Source of the DNA: Eledone cirrhosa
Lineage: Eukaryota
Direction of reading: 5' to 3'
Assembly (NCBI GenBank): GCA_964016885.1
Contig: OZ024742.1
Coordinates: forward strand, 35,650,001-35,714,000
Length of the DNA stretch: 64,000 nucleotides
Shown: positions 1 to 15,169 of the stretch, piece after piece
Numbering within the stretch: the first letter of the stretch is position 1
How the letters are laid out: each line of letters starts with the position of its first letter
Notes under the pieces: model-generated
Told to the model about the DNA's origin: nothing
The model's database searches: none
The model's input: only the letters and a program-made list of their open reading frames with translations
Program-made: the position numbers and the translations under genes

Positions 1-251
1 ATATATATATATATATATACATATATTCACACATATATATTCACACATATATATGAAATATTCGGCCCCTGACTTTATCCCTCATCACATCCGGCTAGGT
101 CATTAGACGGATGATATTTTGTAGTGTTAACTGCACATTTCAAGCAAGATAAATCTAATCTGCACCCAGCTTCAAGAAACAGAAGATATGTGAGTTGCAG
201 CGAAGTGGATATAATCCAAATAAACTCTACTCTCTATCTCTCTCTCTCTCT

Positions 252-330
<79 letters not shown>

Positions 331-331
331 A

Positions 332-436
<105 letters not shown>

Positions 437-437
437 G

Positions 438-518
<81 letters not shown>

Positions 519-544
519 ATACTGAATAACATGGTCGGCTGTAC

Positions 545-614
<70 letters not shown>

Positions 615-673
615 ACATACACATGCACAGATACACACGCTCACACACACGCACGTCTTCATCATTATTCCCA

Positions 674-715
<42 letters not shown>

Positions 716-1479
716 CCTCTCCCTCTTCTCTTTATTCACTTCTATTGACCCTTAATGAGCAAGAGGTAATGTTGCGTCCATTTTTTTATGAGAATAGTAA
801 GTGTCTGTGTTAGACTCCAATTGTGTCCGAATATCATCTCCAATAAAGACCCTTATGTAAGTACATATGTGACAAGTGAACGACAGAGTTGCGGGCGTTC
901 GTAAAGGAATAAAGACCCGGATGCGTTGGTCTCAATACATGTCTATATGAATATAAAAAATAATAAAGCTGATTCTGTGGCTCATTACTTAGATATATAA
1001 TGATGGTACAGAGCAGATGTGTATGTTTCTATAAAAATGTTTAGTGTGTCCCTTCACTTGCTCTAGTTCCCCTCTATTTCCCGTTCGTCTGTTGCCAATG
1101 AAACCCCTTGTGTAAATTTGGGGCCTCTGATAGCATCGCTTCCGTATGTATGTATGTATGCATGAATGTATGTATGTAAGAATTTATATATATATATATA
1201 TTACGCACACATACACACGTAAACGTATATATATATACATACATTAGATACATACATACATACTCATACATTCATGCATACATACATTCATACATACATC
1301 CATACATACATACGTACATACTCATACATACATACATGCATTCATTCATTCATTTATACATTCATGCATACATACATACATACACACACATACATTCCTA
1401 CATACATACATACATACATACATACATACGTACATACATACACTCATACACTCATACATTCATACATACCCATACATTC

Positions 1480-1510
<31 letters not shown>

Positions 1511-1770
1511 CATACATACATACATACATACATACATACATACATCTTACATATATATTCTATTTCTTTGTAGCACAACTTAGAACATATTTCGTTATCT
1601 CCAAATATAAAAATGGCCAACATGATACATTTATTCTAGGTCGAGTTGACAAGTTTTCTTGAAGATAAATCGTAGACGTAGGCTTCTCACATTAACAAGA
1701 CAACCCAAACAAACATTTTCTATATTCAATTACAGCCAAACATGTTTTTGTAGTTAAGTTCAAACGGGAC

Positions 1771-1915
1771 GCATAGAGTTACGGCCCTTTCCATTCTGAG
1801 TTCAAACTCCACCGAGGTCAACTTTGCCTTTCATCCTTGTGGGGTCGATAAAATAAAGTACCAGTAATGTACTGGGTAATTGCTGGCCATGTGCCAAAAG
1901 TTGAAACAATTATTA
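1771..1915 (+). mobile_element. tRNA-derived SINE family A (partial)
   Basis: B-box-like GAGTTCAAACTCC, core CTTTGCCTTTCATCCTT..GGGGTCGATAAAATAAAGTACCAG and (ATT)n tail; about 20 near-identical copies in the window; core resembles the MetaSINE domain (from memory). Confidence 0.85.
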
Positions 1916-1994
1916 TATATTTTGCCTTCGAAGTTCATCGACAATCTCAGACACTCTACTTCGAATCCCAATTGATCGTAAATCTGTAGCCGAT

Positions 1995-2067
<73 letters not shown>

Positions 2068-2143
2068 GGTAATTCCGAAGGAAAAACAAAGGAAAAAAGA
2101 GTGCTCTATGTATAGAACAGAGCTATTTAATTAGAAATGTTAT

Positions 2144-2229
2144 CTATAACATCTTTGTCTGACGACCGATCGAGACGTATATTATTATTGTCTGTGATCC
2201 AGAAACCTTTGGTAATGGAGTAGTTATAG
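2144..2229 (+). ncRNA. Type I hammerhead ribozyme (degenerate, long helix II)
   Basis: CTGACGA 2159-2165 ... GAAACC-TTT-GGTA 2202-2214 (GUA site); outer stem CTATAAC/GTTATAG. Confidence 0.6.
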
Positions 2230-2249
2230 TTTGTGTTGTTCAATTTCTA

Positions 2250-2346
<97 letters not shown>

Positions 2347-2408
2347 TATGTATATGTTTGTATCTATGTATCTACGTATGTACGTATGTATCTATTAATG
2401 TATGTATA

Positions 2409-2454
<46 letters not shown>

Positions 2455-2456
<2 letters not shown>

Positions 2457-2602
2457 CAAAGGTGTGGTAAGATACCAGGTGGACCATGACGCACCAGAGT
2501 ACTCGATACTTAGGGTAGTAGAGTGGGTAATAAGAAAAGACTCTTTGGATCTAGCTGTCATAACGGCCGGAGCTCAGCCGTCGGGGTCCTGACTCTTTTC
2601 CT
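2455..2602. mobile_element. Mini-PLE family P1 fragment between (TA)n tracts
   Basis: Homologous to 22523-22699, 29794-29935 and 35700-35895; tail motif GTACTCGA at 2499. Confidence 0.7.
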
Positions 2603-3368
2603 ATATATATATATATATATTAGATATAAACCGACGTTTTACTATTCTATTTGCTTGAGGCGACCACAAAGCACTCAATGGAGCGAAAGTTAAAAAACAT
2701 TAGGTCCAGAGTAATCACCACAGTTATAAAGTGTGGCGCCAAGAACACCAACCGATGCACTGGCCATACATATATCACAACGATATTTGGCTGACGGAAA
2801 CTGTTATGGAGTCCCGTTAATGGACGGTATATTTAAATGAATAACCCAGACTTGTCATATACTGTGTCACGCTGGATCTCCCTGATTGATACGAACAGGT
2901 GTCCGTGGAATAATACATAACCACACACACGTAATCGTGACGAGTAGTTAGTTCATTTAATCGAAATAGTGAGTCATCATCGTCGAAAATGACGGAGGAT
3001 CGAACTTATAATTACAGTTTAAGAGATCGTGTTATCAGCGTGTGTTTAATTAATATCTGACAGGCTACTTCTCCATTGAGATTATTTCAATACAATGTAT
3101 GTATATAGCTAATTAAATATCACTTATTAATTACATTATATTTTTATATAACTAGTTGTTACTATAGAAGGCAGCGAATTGGCGTCAGGGTCTCAGATTA
3201 AACAAGCTTCGTTATTTGTTGCCGCTCAATGCGCTTTGATTTCGAATCCCGTCGAGGTCAACACTGCCTTTTCTCTTTTCGACGTCGATAAGTAAAGTAC
3301 TCGTCCTGTTCTGGGATTACATATTCTTCAACTCTCTTTCCCTTTCTCCATCCTCCCCCTCTCCCGAT

Positions 3369-3450
<82 letters not shown>

Positions 3451-4447
3451 CCCTCTCTCTCTCTCGCTCTTTCTCTCCGATGTGGAAGGGATGGGCTTCG
3501 CTCGGTTTAAACTGCCCAAGACACGTCGTGTGTTAGGACGGCGTCGTTCCGACTTCGTCAAGTTACGAGAGAAAACATGAGCCATCGTGAAAGCGGCTAT
3601 GCTAAGTGACCTTTCGACATGGTAGAAATAGCAGCCAAACCTCCGAACAACCATACAATCAAAGACATTCCAGCCATGAGTCAACGTGAGTAGTCAGGTT
3701 AAACATTAAGGCATGCTGAAATAGTAGCCAAACATCTGACCGACCAAAGATCAAAGACGTTCCAGCCGTGACCATTACATTTTTACATTTTTATCCAAAT
3801 CAGTGCATAGACAATCTACATTATATGTTTTTTTTCTCACCTGGATGGGATATTCTTTTTTGTGTGAAATAGAACGAGAGAGAGAGAGAGGGGGAGAGAG
3901 AGAGAGTGAGAGAGAGATGTGGTGAGAGTGAGAAAGAGAAAATGGAAATTAAGAAAGAGACTGAGAGAAAGAAAAATGGAGAGATAGAGACGTATATAGG
4001 AATAAGAAACAGAAGATTATAAAGGAAGAAGTAAAGGATCAGCGAAGAAGAAAGAGACAACGAGAGAATAAAGATAAAGATTAGGAATAAAGACGATAAA
4101 AAGACGAAGATAGTGAATAAAATACAAAGAATGAAAGAAAGAAAGCAGGGTTGGGGTGTAACGAAAATTAAATTACTCACAGAAGGCAAATAGGAAGAAA
4201 TGAAGGAGAGAAGAGGAGGTTACGAAAGGACGTGGGGAAGAGACATGTGTGTAGAGGTTTTGGCGACAACATTTTCCTAAGGGAAGACAACAGAGAGAGC
4301 AAATTAGTTGCTTCTGCCTCAGTTATTTAACTGTTTCTTCATGCAAACACTAGGGGTTTTTTCCCCTCTATCACAGCAACATGTCAACAGACGACGCTGA
4401 TGATGGGAATTAGAGAGTCATGTAACTATACACACACACACACACAC

Positions 4448-4540
<93 letters not shown>

Positions 4541-4621
4541 TATATACATATATATGGCAGGCATAAATAATTCAGGACAAGAAAACATCACTAACGTAGT
4601 GTATCTCAAATGTATATGTTC

Positions 4622-4656
<35 letters not shown>

Positions 4657-4701
4657 GAAGTTCTATTTAAATTGTTCTATTTAATATATATATATATTTA
4701 A

Positions 4702-4793
<92 letters not shown>

Positions 4794-5541
4794 GGGGCGG
4801 GGTGCAAATGTATACATGTGTGTACTTATGTAAACATAATAATATTCTTGTTTTCACAAACATAACTTAGGTGCTTATATGAAATATATTTATGAATAAA
4901 ATACTAGAGAATATATTGAATGGCTGACGGCCAGCACCATATATCAGATTCCAGCAGAAGCAGTGAAGGAGAACTGTCTACCCGCATTTCGAGGTACTGG
5001 CTCTGATCAGAACAGTGCTTTCCTGCTCTTTGCAGGAACTTGAAAACTGGAAAATAGATAGTCTTCTCGCTTGTGTAGCTAGGTTGATATGCCTTATTTG
5101 CATATGAAGCTGTGTAAGTTGGCTATGTATGCGGATACATGTATAGGATTTCTATACAAACATCAATTTATATCCATGTAACATTATTTTCTCCCTGTAC
5201 TTTCTCTGAAGAAATGCATTAGAACAATGGCGTAGTGTGAAATAATGGATTGTATTATAATACAGATTTCACATACCCTCAGTTACGTATCAAAACATGT
5301 TTAAGATAATCTCAAATATTAATAAATGTATCAGTGCACATTAACACATGTGCCTTGTTTTTCTAATAACTAATATGTATCAGATTATTCCGTAGATTAC
5401 TCATATTGGACCGATTTATCATACATGGTATCACAATTCGTATTAACCAGGTATTTACAATAAGCAGTTCCATTGACTACGTAGAGCGCAACTGAACACG
5501 CAACTTGCCTTTTTCTATTTGTATAAGCACTTTATAGCACG

Positions 5542-5611
<70 letters not shown>

Positions 5612-5651
5612 CACACACACACACATACACGCACACACAAACACACACACT

Positions 5652-6085
5652 GCTGAGTGGTTAGAGAATTGGATTTGTAATCGTGAGGCTGGGAGTTCGA
5701 TACACGGACCGGGCAATAGGTTATGTCTTTGAGCAAGGTATTTTATTTCACGTTGCTCCTTTTACCTGGAGTTGCGACCGATATACAGTATTAACAATTG
5801 GAAAGACCAATGGAAACATTGTTTCCTCGGTCCGATTTGACGAAAGTCGATCGAATGTCGCATGGCTTAGTGGTTAGAGCATTGGGCTTGCAACCGAAAG
5901 GTTGTGAGTTCAATTCTCGGACCGGGTGATGTGTTGTTTCCTTGAGCAAGACACTTTATTTCACGTTACTCCAGTTTACTCAGCTGTAGAAATGAGATGA
6001 TAGGACTGGGATCCCTATCATTAAATTACCCAAGACACCTCCAACGAGATATACCTTGGAGGAGGCCAGCTGAACCTGCATAGGT
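5652..6085 (+). mobile_element. tRNA-derived SINE family B, two adjacent related copies
   Basis: A box GCTGAGTGG / TGGCTTAGTGG, B box GTTCGATAC / GTTCAATTC, CORE-like TGT.CTTGAGCAAGACACTTTATTTC; copies at 8474, 16765 and 31243. Confidence 0.85.
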
Positions 6086-6104
6086 GTGAGCTGTCACACA
6101 CACA

Positions 6105-6210
<106 letters not shown>

Positions 6211-6736
6211 ATGAAAATGGCTGTACGAAATGTACGATGCGAATTATTGTCTTCGTCTCAAGACAATGTTCTAGAAGCGAGACCTTCATCGGAGAAAGAT
6301 AATGAAAGAAATAAAATAAGAGATGAAGAACGTAAAAAAGGGAGGCAGATTGAAATTAAAACACGAAGAGCTATATATCAGCGCCATATATGTGTGTGTA
6401 TGTGTGTGTGAGTTAGAGTGTGCGTATTTGCATTTGTGTGCCTATATGTGTACGTGTTTGTGAGAGGGACGCCATTATATATTTGAACTATGTTTTTGTA
6501 GATAATATGTTTCCCGTGGACAACTTTACAACTGAAATAACTATGGGCGTCTGATGGAGCAGTAATCACACCAACTTTATACAATGGTGAGCATTATATA
6601 CATACACGTTCATACACACAGATATACACATATATACATACACAGGATTGCGCATACACACAAATCCACTCACATCCACACATATGTATATATATATATA
6701 TATATATATACGTGTGTGTGTGTGCTTCTTCTTGAG

Positions 6737-6768
<32 letters not shown>

Positions 6769-7112
6769 TATATATAAACATACATACGTACATGCATTTA
6801 CATACATGCATACATGCATACACATACGGTAGGAATCAATTTGCAGATATTTCACACACTTACACACATACATGTGTATGTATGTGTGTCATATACACAC
6901 ATATACGCATCACAGACATTTGCACTGAAACACGCAAACTGACTGACAGAGTGCAAGCCCAGATAAGAGGTTAGACAACACCCTACATTGTCCTTGTATT
7001 AGTACATAATCAATAAAGCGTTTCTCTGTCAAATGATGATGACCTATAAATGTCGCTTTTCAAAGTTATCGTAATTATTGATATGACTTTAGCCCCCAGC
7101 AATACTTTCTCA

Positions 7113-7217
<105 letters not shown>

Positions 7218-7266
7218 TATACGTATGTATGTATATATATATGTATGTATGTATCTATATATATAC

Positions 7267-7305
<39 letters not shown>

Positions 7306-7545
7306 TACTAATATATATACATATATACACACATATGTATATGTATATATATATATATATATATATACATATATATACATACATATATATATATATATAC
7401 ATACATATAAACATATATATTCAAAATTAAATTAAGGGTGTCATGTCTGAGAGACATGTGCCATATTAACATATATATATAGATATAGATATACATATAT
7501 ATAGATATACATATATATATATATATAGATATACATATATATAAT

Positions 7546-7621
<76 letters not shown>

Positions 7622-7759
7622 GAATTGGTGCTCTGAAATATATATGAATGTATATATAGTGTATTTTGCAATACACTGTATGCTTAATTAAAAGCATTTT
7701 GAAGACCTTACGCAATTGTTTTAGAGTAGTGTACAGTCTCACTTACTTTAATTTTCAGC

Positions 7760-7836
7760 AAACAGGGGAGATAAAGCTGACAGAGCTATGTTTCGCACTT
7801 TTTGGTGCTTATCAAAGCTAACTACTCCGCCTGTTT
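7760..7836 (-). ncRNA. Type I hammerhead ribozyme, U3:A8 core variant
   Basis: Minus strand: AGCT-TTGATAA-GCAC(caaaaa)GTGC-GAAACA(tagctc)TGTC-AGCT; outer stem AAACAGG/CCTGTTT; GUC site. Confidence 0.85.
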
Positions 7837-8167
7837 ATATATAAAATAATAAAATAAGATGCTGAGGTTAAATATAACGTTTAAGTATTATAATTATTTC
7901 CACGGTTTTCCATGCAATCGAGATGTCCTTCATGCATTTGCTGTTGATTATGAGAACGGTATCCTCAGATGAATAAACGATATGTTTGGTATGTCGGTGG
8001 CAGAAAAAAAGAAACGTCCTATTGCTTGTGTGCCCAGCAGACATGAGTTCCTTGAAGGGTTTGCCAGCCATCCTGTTTGCTTAAAAAAGCTATCAACGAA
8101 AGAATGAAAAAATCTATATATATATATATGTGTGTGTGTGTGTATAAATATATATACATATATATAC

Positions 8168-8262
<95 letters not shown>

Positions 8263-8326
8263 CAAGGGTGGTGCCCCAGCATGGCCTCAGCCGGATGGCT
8301 GAAACAGGTAAGAGAGTAAAAGAATA

Positions 8327-8370
<44 letters not shown>

Positions 8371-8387
8371 TATGTTTAATATAGAAA

Positions 8388-8438
8388 AGCTTCTACGGGA
8401 CTAGAACTGTTTCATTCGTGAGAAATCATCAGGAAGCT
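8388..8438 (-). ncRNA. Type I hammerhead ribozyme
   Basis: Minus: AGCTTC-CTGATGA-tTTC(tcac)GAAt-GAAAC(agttcta)GTC-ccgtaGAAGCT; same family at 43760 and 51180. Confidence 0.75.
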
Positions 8439-8473
8439 GACTATATATATATATATATATATATATATCCTTA

Positions 8474-8996
<523 letters not shown>

Positions 8997-9460
8997 TATG
9001 TATGTATATATATATATATATACGTGCTTGTGTATGTGTATGTGTATGCTCGAAAATAAAGTGTATGGCAAAAATACGCCTTTGGAGAACGCTCTACACA
9101 AAGTACATACATGAATATGGAGTCCCGCTCCATGAATCTGATGAGTAGGGAAAAATCTTCAGTAACCCTTATATATATAATCATATATGTACACACACAC
9201 ATAAAAATGGAGTAAAGCTTACTTCTGTTATTTCGATTCTTTGATATGCTCCGTGGTGGGTTTTAGTGTTGCTTTCTGAAGGTACTGGTAGCATACGATT
9301 TAAAATGTATGAATTCACAGCATCATAAGTTTGATCAGGTATATGTAAGTAAAAGTGTGTCTGTGTGTGCTTAGAAGTATGAAGATGTATATATATATAT
9401 ATGCGGATATGCGTGTGTATATGTAATTAAAAGAGTGTGTGTGTGTGCTTAGAAGTACGA

Positions 9461-9510
<50 letters not shown>

Positions 9511-9517
9511 TATTATG

Positions 9518-10363
<846 letters not shown>

Positions 10364-10441
10364 ATATATATATATATATATATATGCATCTTCGTACTTC
10401 TAAGCGCACACACTGTTTTAATTACATATACACACGCATAT

Positions 10442-10503
<62 letters not shown>

Positions 10504-11168
10504 TTAAGGTAAATATTGATGCAATTCAATTCAAGCACTCAACATACTGATTCCACATAGGAGTGCCGGAGTAAATATCGAATAAGGAAAAGCGAAGTAG
10601 TTTCAGATGTTCAAGTTCTTTAATAATAATGCTGTGATATGGCGTTCAATGGCGACAGTGGCCACACTGTTCCCTGCGCCAGTGCCGCGACATCGTCAGA
10701 CAGCTTGTTACATAATAAGGTTATGTTTCCGAGGCAATCCAAATTGAATCGACATGGGAACGGACGAAGTGTGTGCTCTCGGGTTCTTCGTACGTTCCCT
10801 TATGAGTACCAATTCACCCCCACCAGTCTGCGCAGGCGCAGGTCCGAAGGAAGTTGACCTTTAGCTACTGCAGAGTTCAACAAAATTCGCCTAGGCAGTT
10901 CCCCATAACCTTATTATGTAACAAGTTGTCTGACGATGTCGCGGCACTGGCGCACGGAACAATGTGGCCACCGTCGCCATTGAAATATATTTCACGGCAT
11001 TATTATTAAATCCGCCGCCGAGGTTAACTTTGCCTTTCATCCTTACGAGGTCGATAAAATAAAGTACCAGTAATGCACTGGGTCTTTGCTGGCCTTGTGC
11101 CAAAAGTAGAAACAATTATTATTAAAGGACTTGAACATCTGAAACTACTTCGCTTTTCCTTATTCGTT
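10504..11168 (-). mobile_element. Fold-back mini-PLE with an HHR in each arm (plus-strand copy 10925-10998)
   Basis: Arms about 10579-10725 / 10904-11166; GTTGT-CTGACGA-45 nt-GAAATATATTTC-ACGGC; tail with GCACTCAA at 10535. Confidence 0.75.
11011..11126 (+). mobile_element. 5'-truncated SINE A with 12-bp target-site duplication
   Basis: ATTATTATTAAA at 10999-11010 and 11115-11126; the opposite arm of the host palindrome lacks the insert. Confidence 0.9.
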
Positions 11169-11180
11169 ATATATATATAT

Positions 11181-12021
11181 TTCTTTCAACAAATTACGGG
11201 TGAAACATATCTTTGGATTTGTACGTGTGTTATATAGTTATAGAGGTATTTATTTACGCTTTAATTTATATTTTTAATTATCGTGTCTATAGTCTGCCTT
11301 TCATAGGTTATAGATTCCATACACTGGTGTGTTTTTCCCTGTTTTATTGATAACGTACTGTATATCTCTCTCTGGTGTGTTACATTTTCAACATATTGTA
11401 TTTTAAAGAGCTCAGGATTTCTTCTCCTTTGAGCACATTATTTACAGGGAATAGCGAGGGCCTATGCCTCCCTTAATTTATCGTGATATTTCGCTCCTAA
11501 TAACAGTCTTTCCTATCTCTGTTTGGTTGAGCACACTTCTCTGAGTGGCTTTGGGCTGCCCTTTCTAGCAGTTCGTCCCTCAGAGGCCACTGGTTCACTG
11601 CCCTTAAACACGCTGCGACTTCTCTCTCCCACGTGTAGCTGGACAGTCAATTTTAAAATTCTCTTAGTGTTGTCTGAAATGTATGGCCTTACACACGCTG
11701 ATGAACCGAGGCTAACCCATTTCTTTCAACAAATTACGGGTGAAACATATCTTTGGATTTGTACGCGTGTTATATAGTTATAGAGGTATTTATTTACGCT
11801 TTAATTTATATTTTTAATTATCGTGTCTATAGTCTGCCTTTCATAGGTAATAGATTCCATACACTGGTGGTTTTTTCCCTGTTTTATTGATAACGCACTG
11901 TATATCTCTCTCTGGTGTGTTACCTTTTCAACATATTGTATTTTAAAGAGCTCAGGATTTCTTCTCCTTTGAGCACATTATTTACAGGGAATAGCGAGGG
12001 CCTATGCCTCCGTTAATTTAT

Positions 12022-12029
<8 letters not shown>
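11181..12029 (+). mobile_element. Retrozyme-like / non-autonomous PLE: about 310-bp direct repeats, 540-bp period
   Basis: 11181-11489 is about equal to 11721-12029; flanked by (TA)n; complete HHR spans the start of the second repeat. Confidence 0.85.
11691..11770 (+). ncRNA. Type I hammerhead ribozyme (canonical core)
   Basis: ACACACG-CTGATGA-ACC..31 nt..GGT-GAAACA(tatc-tttg-gatt)TGTA-CGCGTGT (CGTGTGT in the upstream copy); GUA site at 11761-11763. Confidence 0.9.
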
Positions 12030-12075
<46 letters not shown>

Positions 12076-12291
12076 TATTTACGTATCGAGAGAGACAAAG
12101 AAAAGGGGAGGATAGGTGATACATATAGTTATTTGCCAAGTAGCGTATGCCAAAGGTGCTCGATACTAGTGCCGACAGTATTAAATATTCGAAGTGTTAA
12201 TATTTAGTGGGCTAGAGAGTTAGCAGAGCGTAAGCACGTGGGAAAATAAGAAATCGGAGAATAGACCGTTAAAACATGTTTATTTAAAACA

Positions 12292-12331
12292 GCACCTACG
12301 TACGTTTCGCCCAGTTGGGCTTTTCAAGGGC
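12292..12331 (-). ncRNA. Minimal type I hammerhead, U3:A8 variant
   Basis: Minus: GCCC-TTGAAAA-GCCC(aact)GGGC-GAAAC(gtac)GTA-GGTGC. Confidence 0.85.
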
Positions 12332-12745
12332 ATAAATAACCAAAAGTGTTCCTTACATTGCTCGGAAAGAGTTTTGGGGGTTAAATTCACGTCAAGGTTC
12401 ATTGCTCGCAAAAATAGCTTGTTTTGATTTTGCAGCAGGTCAAGGGAGGTAACTCTTGCCGGTGTTAGAGCAGTCTTTCCCGGACAAATTTTTATCCGCT
12501 ACAAGATGAGGTTACAAACTTACCATTGTCGATACGCACAGGGTCATGTACCCAACGCTTATTTTGAGACGTTTGTTTTACCGCATCTGTTTGTCTGAGT
12601 CGTTTGAGGCTGGGTCTGGTATGGAAGGTTAGTTTCCTGGGTGTTATTTTGCAGCGCCTGCCCGCCGGGGTGTTAAGACTTGTTGCAGGGAGATCCGGTG
12701 CACGGTTTCACTCCTCATCCTTAACCCATCTGAAGAAGGATATTT

Positions 12746-13240
12746 TTAAGCGATGTGTAAACTTATTGCTATTTCAGCTCTGCTGTTAATGAGCTCGTGG
12801 GGTGCAGTTATGATGTGGTAGAGCTCCATGAGGAAAAGATCGCATTTCCTCTTGAAGTTGTACGGTGCAGCCCTGCCGACAATATCCCAGTGCGTGGAGA
12901 AGCTGATGTTTAAGTCCTTTAGTGATGTGATGTAGTTCGCGAGCGAAGTGGAGTGTCTTAGTTTTTTATTTGTGAAAGAGTGGAGATGTGTTCGAAATCT
13001 AATTTTGAACGGGCCGGAGGTAGCCCCTATATAATGTTTCACGCTATTGTGGCTAGTTACAGTGCATCTATATATAACCCTATCAGTCAAGTAGTATCCT
13101 CTAAGTGGGCAGCGTCCTCTGTCGCGGCAGTTGCAATTTCTGTCGCGGTTCCATCTATTTCCCACGGTAAGGCTATCATTGATGCTGCCTACGTTGTTAC
13201 CTACGCTACCGCAGCTGTCGTTAGCACTATTACAACCCAC
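12746..13240 (-). pseudogene. PLE GIY-YIG endonuclease domain remnant
   Basis: CNCRDRGRCPLRGYYL linker, VIY..YIG motif, FKIRFRTH..SF, STSLANYI, CDL..ME, LINSRAE; typical PLE C-terminal endonuclease; no RT upstream. Confidence 0.9.
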
Positions 13241-13278
13241 TGTTTCCGAGCAATGTAGGAACACTTTTGGTTATTTAT

Positions 13279-13318
13279 GCCCTTGAGAAGCCCAACTGGG
13301 CGAAACGTACGTAGGTGC
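13279..13318 (+). ncRNA. Minimal type I hammerhead, U3:A8 variant (inverted pLTR copy)
   Basis: GCCC-TTGAGAA-GCCC(aact)GGGC-GAAAC(gtac)GTA-GGTGC. Confidence 0.85.
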
Positions 13319-13372
13319 TGTTTTAAACAAACATGTTTTAACGGTCTATTCTCCGATTTCTTACTTTCCCAC

Positions 13373-13410
<38 letters not shown>

Positions 13411-13498
13411 CTGGATTGCATCCTACAGTGAGTGTTTTCTGTTATTATTTTTGGGAATATTATAACAATAGTATAACAATATGACCCTCCCCAAGTAT

Positions 13499-13539
<41 letters not shown>

Positions 13540-13543
<4 letters not shown>

Positions 13544-13873
13544 TAAAAGGAAAAGAAAATCCTGACAATTTTTCCCAGTGAAAAATAGTTTAATTAGGAA
13601 TAAGTATAAATTAGTAATAAGTATTGGTTAGTATTTAGTTTTAGTTTTAAGATTTTACCGGTTGCGCATTTCTAATGCTTTTCAAAAATAATTTTGAGAT
13701 AGAGTGCTCGTCATGTTTGTCAAAACTTAAAACTAAAACTGAATACTAACAACCAATACTTATTACTAATTTATACTTATTCCTAATTAAACTATTTTTC
13801 ACTGGGAAAAATTTATCAGCATTTCTTTTCCTTTTACTAATATATCATAACTCGTGTGTTGCACCTCTATTTT

Positions 13874-13876
<3 letters not shown>
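13540..13876. mobile_element. Fold-back mini-PLE with degenerate U3:A8 HHR (13652-13689, minus)
   Basis: Arms about 13540-13657 / 13722-13842; minus ATTT-TTGAAAA-GCAT(tagaa)ATGC-GCAAC-CG-GTA-AAAT. Confidence 0.75.
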
Positions 13877-13950
<74 letters not shown>

Positions 13951-14514
13951 ACTGGATTGCATCCTGCAAAATAAACTCAAATAGAAGCACCACTCAACAA
14001 TATATTACAACTCTATGTTTGTGTACTATTTAAAACAAATAGTAAAACTATCCTGACGTTTTCGACACTAGATTTTCATTGGAAAGGAAAACACAGAAAG
14101 AAAACAGGATTTTCACGGGGTGGGGGAGAAGAAAAAGGCAGTCAACTGAAGAAAAAAACAGAAATATGAGTCTCTGGGATGAAACTATTTGCATAAATCA
14201 GGTATGGCATATATATATATATATAATATATATGTGTGTGTGTGTATGTGTGTGTGTGTATGTGTGTGTGTGTGTGCATACTATGTATCGCGCACAGACA
14301 AACACACATACACACATACATACACACTCTCTCTCTCTTTCTCTCTGACCCTCTCCACGTGTGATATACAACATCTGTATGAAACTGTGTTACTAGGCTA
14401 GACCTCCCCCTTTTACTTTTCCTCTTCCTTTTCCTCTTTCAGCCCCTCTCTCTTTACTCTCACCAACCACTTTTTCTATTCTTTTACTACTGCACTTACA
14501 CAGGCATTTTTCAC

Positions 14515-14764
<250 letters not shown>

Positions 14765-14767
14765 TAT

Positions 14768-14830
<63 letters not shown>

Positions 14831-14836
14831 TATATA

Positions 14837-14926
<90 letters not shown>

Positions 14927-14960
14927 TCCCACTTTCTCTCTATTCTCTCTCTCACTTCTC

Positions 14961-15023
<63 letters not shown>

Positions 15024-15169
15024 CTCTATCTCAATTCTAGACTCTTGTAATACGCTAAATAAAAGGCGGGGAGGTCAGAGCTGTCATCGTTGGAACATTT
15101 CAACGTCTGTCTTTGATCCTATGTCTTCTGTGTGAATCAGGACTGAGCCTGGGTTAAAATACCAACACT

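Larger units (their letters stand above)
12120..13374 (-). mobile_element. 5'-truncated Penelope-like retroelement with inverted pseudo-LTR
   Basis: GIY-YIG ORF remnant, 3' UTR, HHR and tail; inverted repeat 12236-12368 / 13243-13374; (TA)n on both sides. Confidence 0.9.

Noticed and set aside
4920-5050. CTGACGG-CCAGCACC..GGTACTGG possible HHR
   Set aside because: No correctly placed GAAA or helix III found
5652-5720. tRNA-like sequences with A/B boxes
   Set aside because: These are SINE heads that continue into the SINE body, without a proper cloverleaf
7868-8071. Minus ORF upstream of the 7.8-kb HHR as a PLE endonuclease tail
   Set aside because: No convincing GIY-YIG or RT motifs
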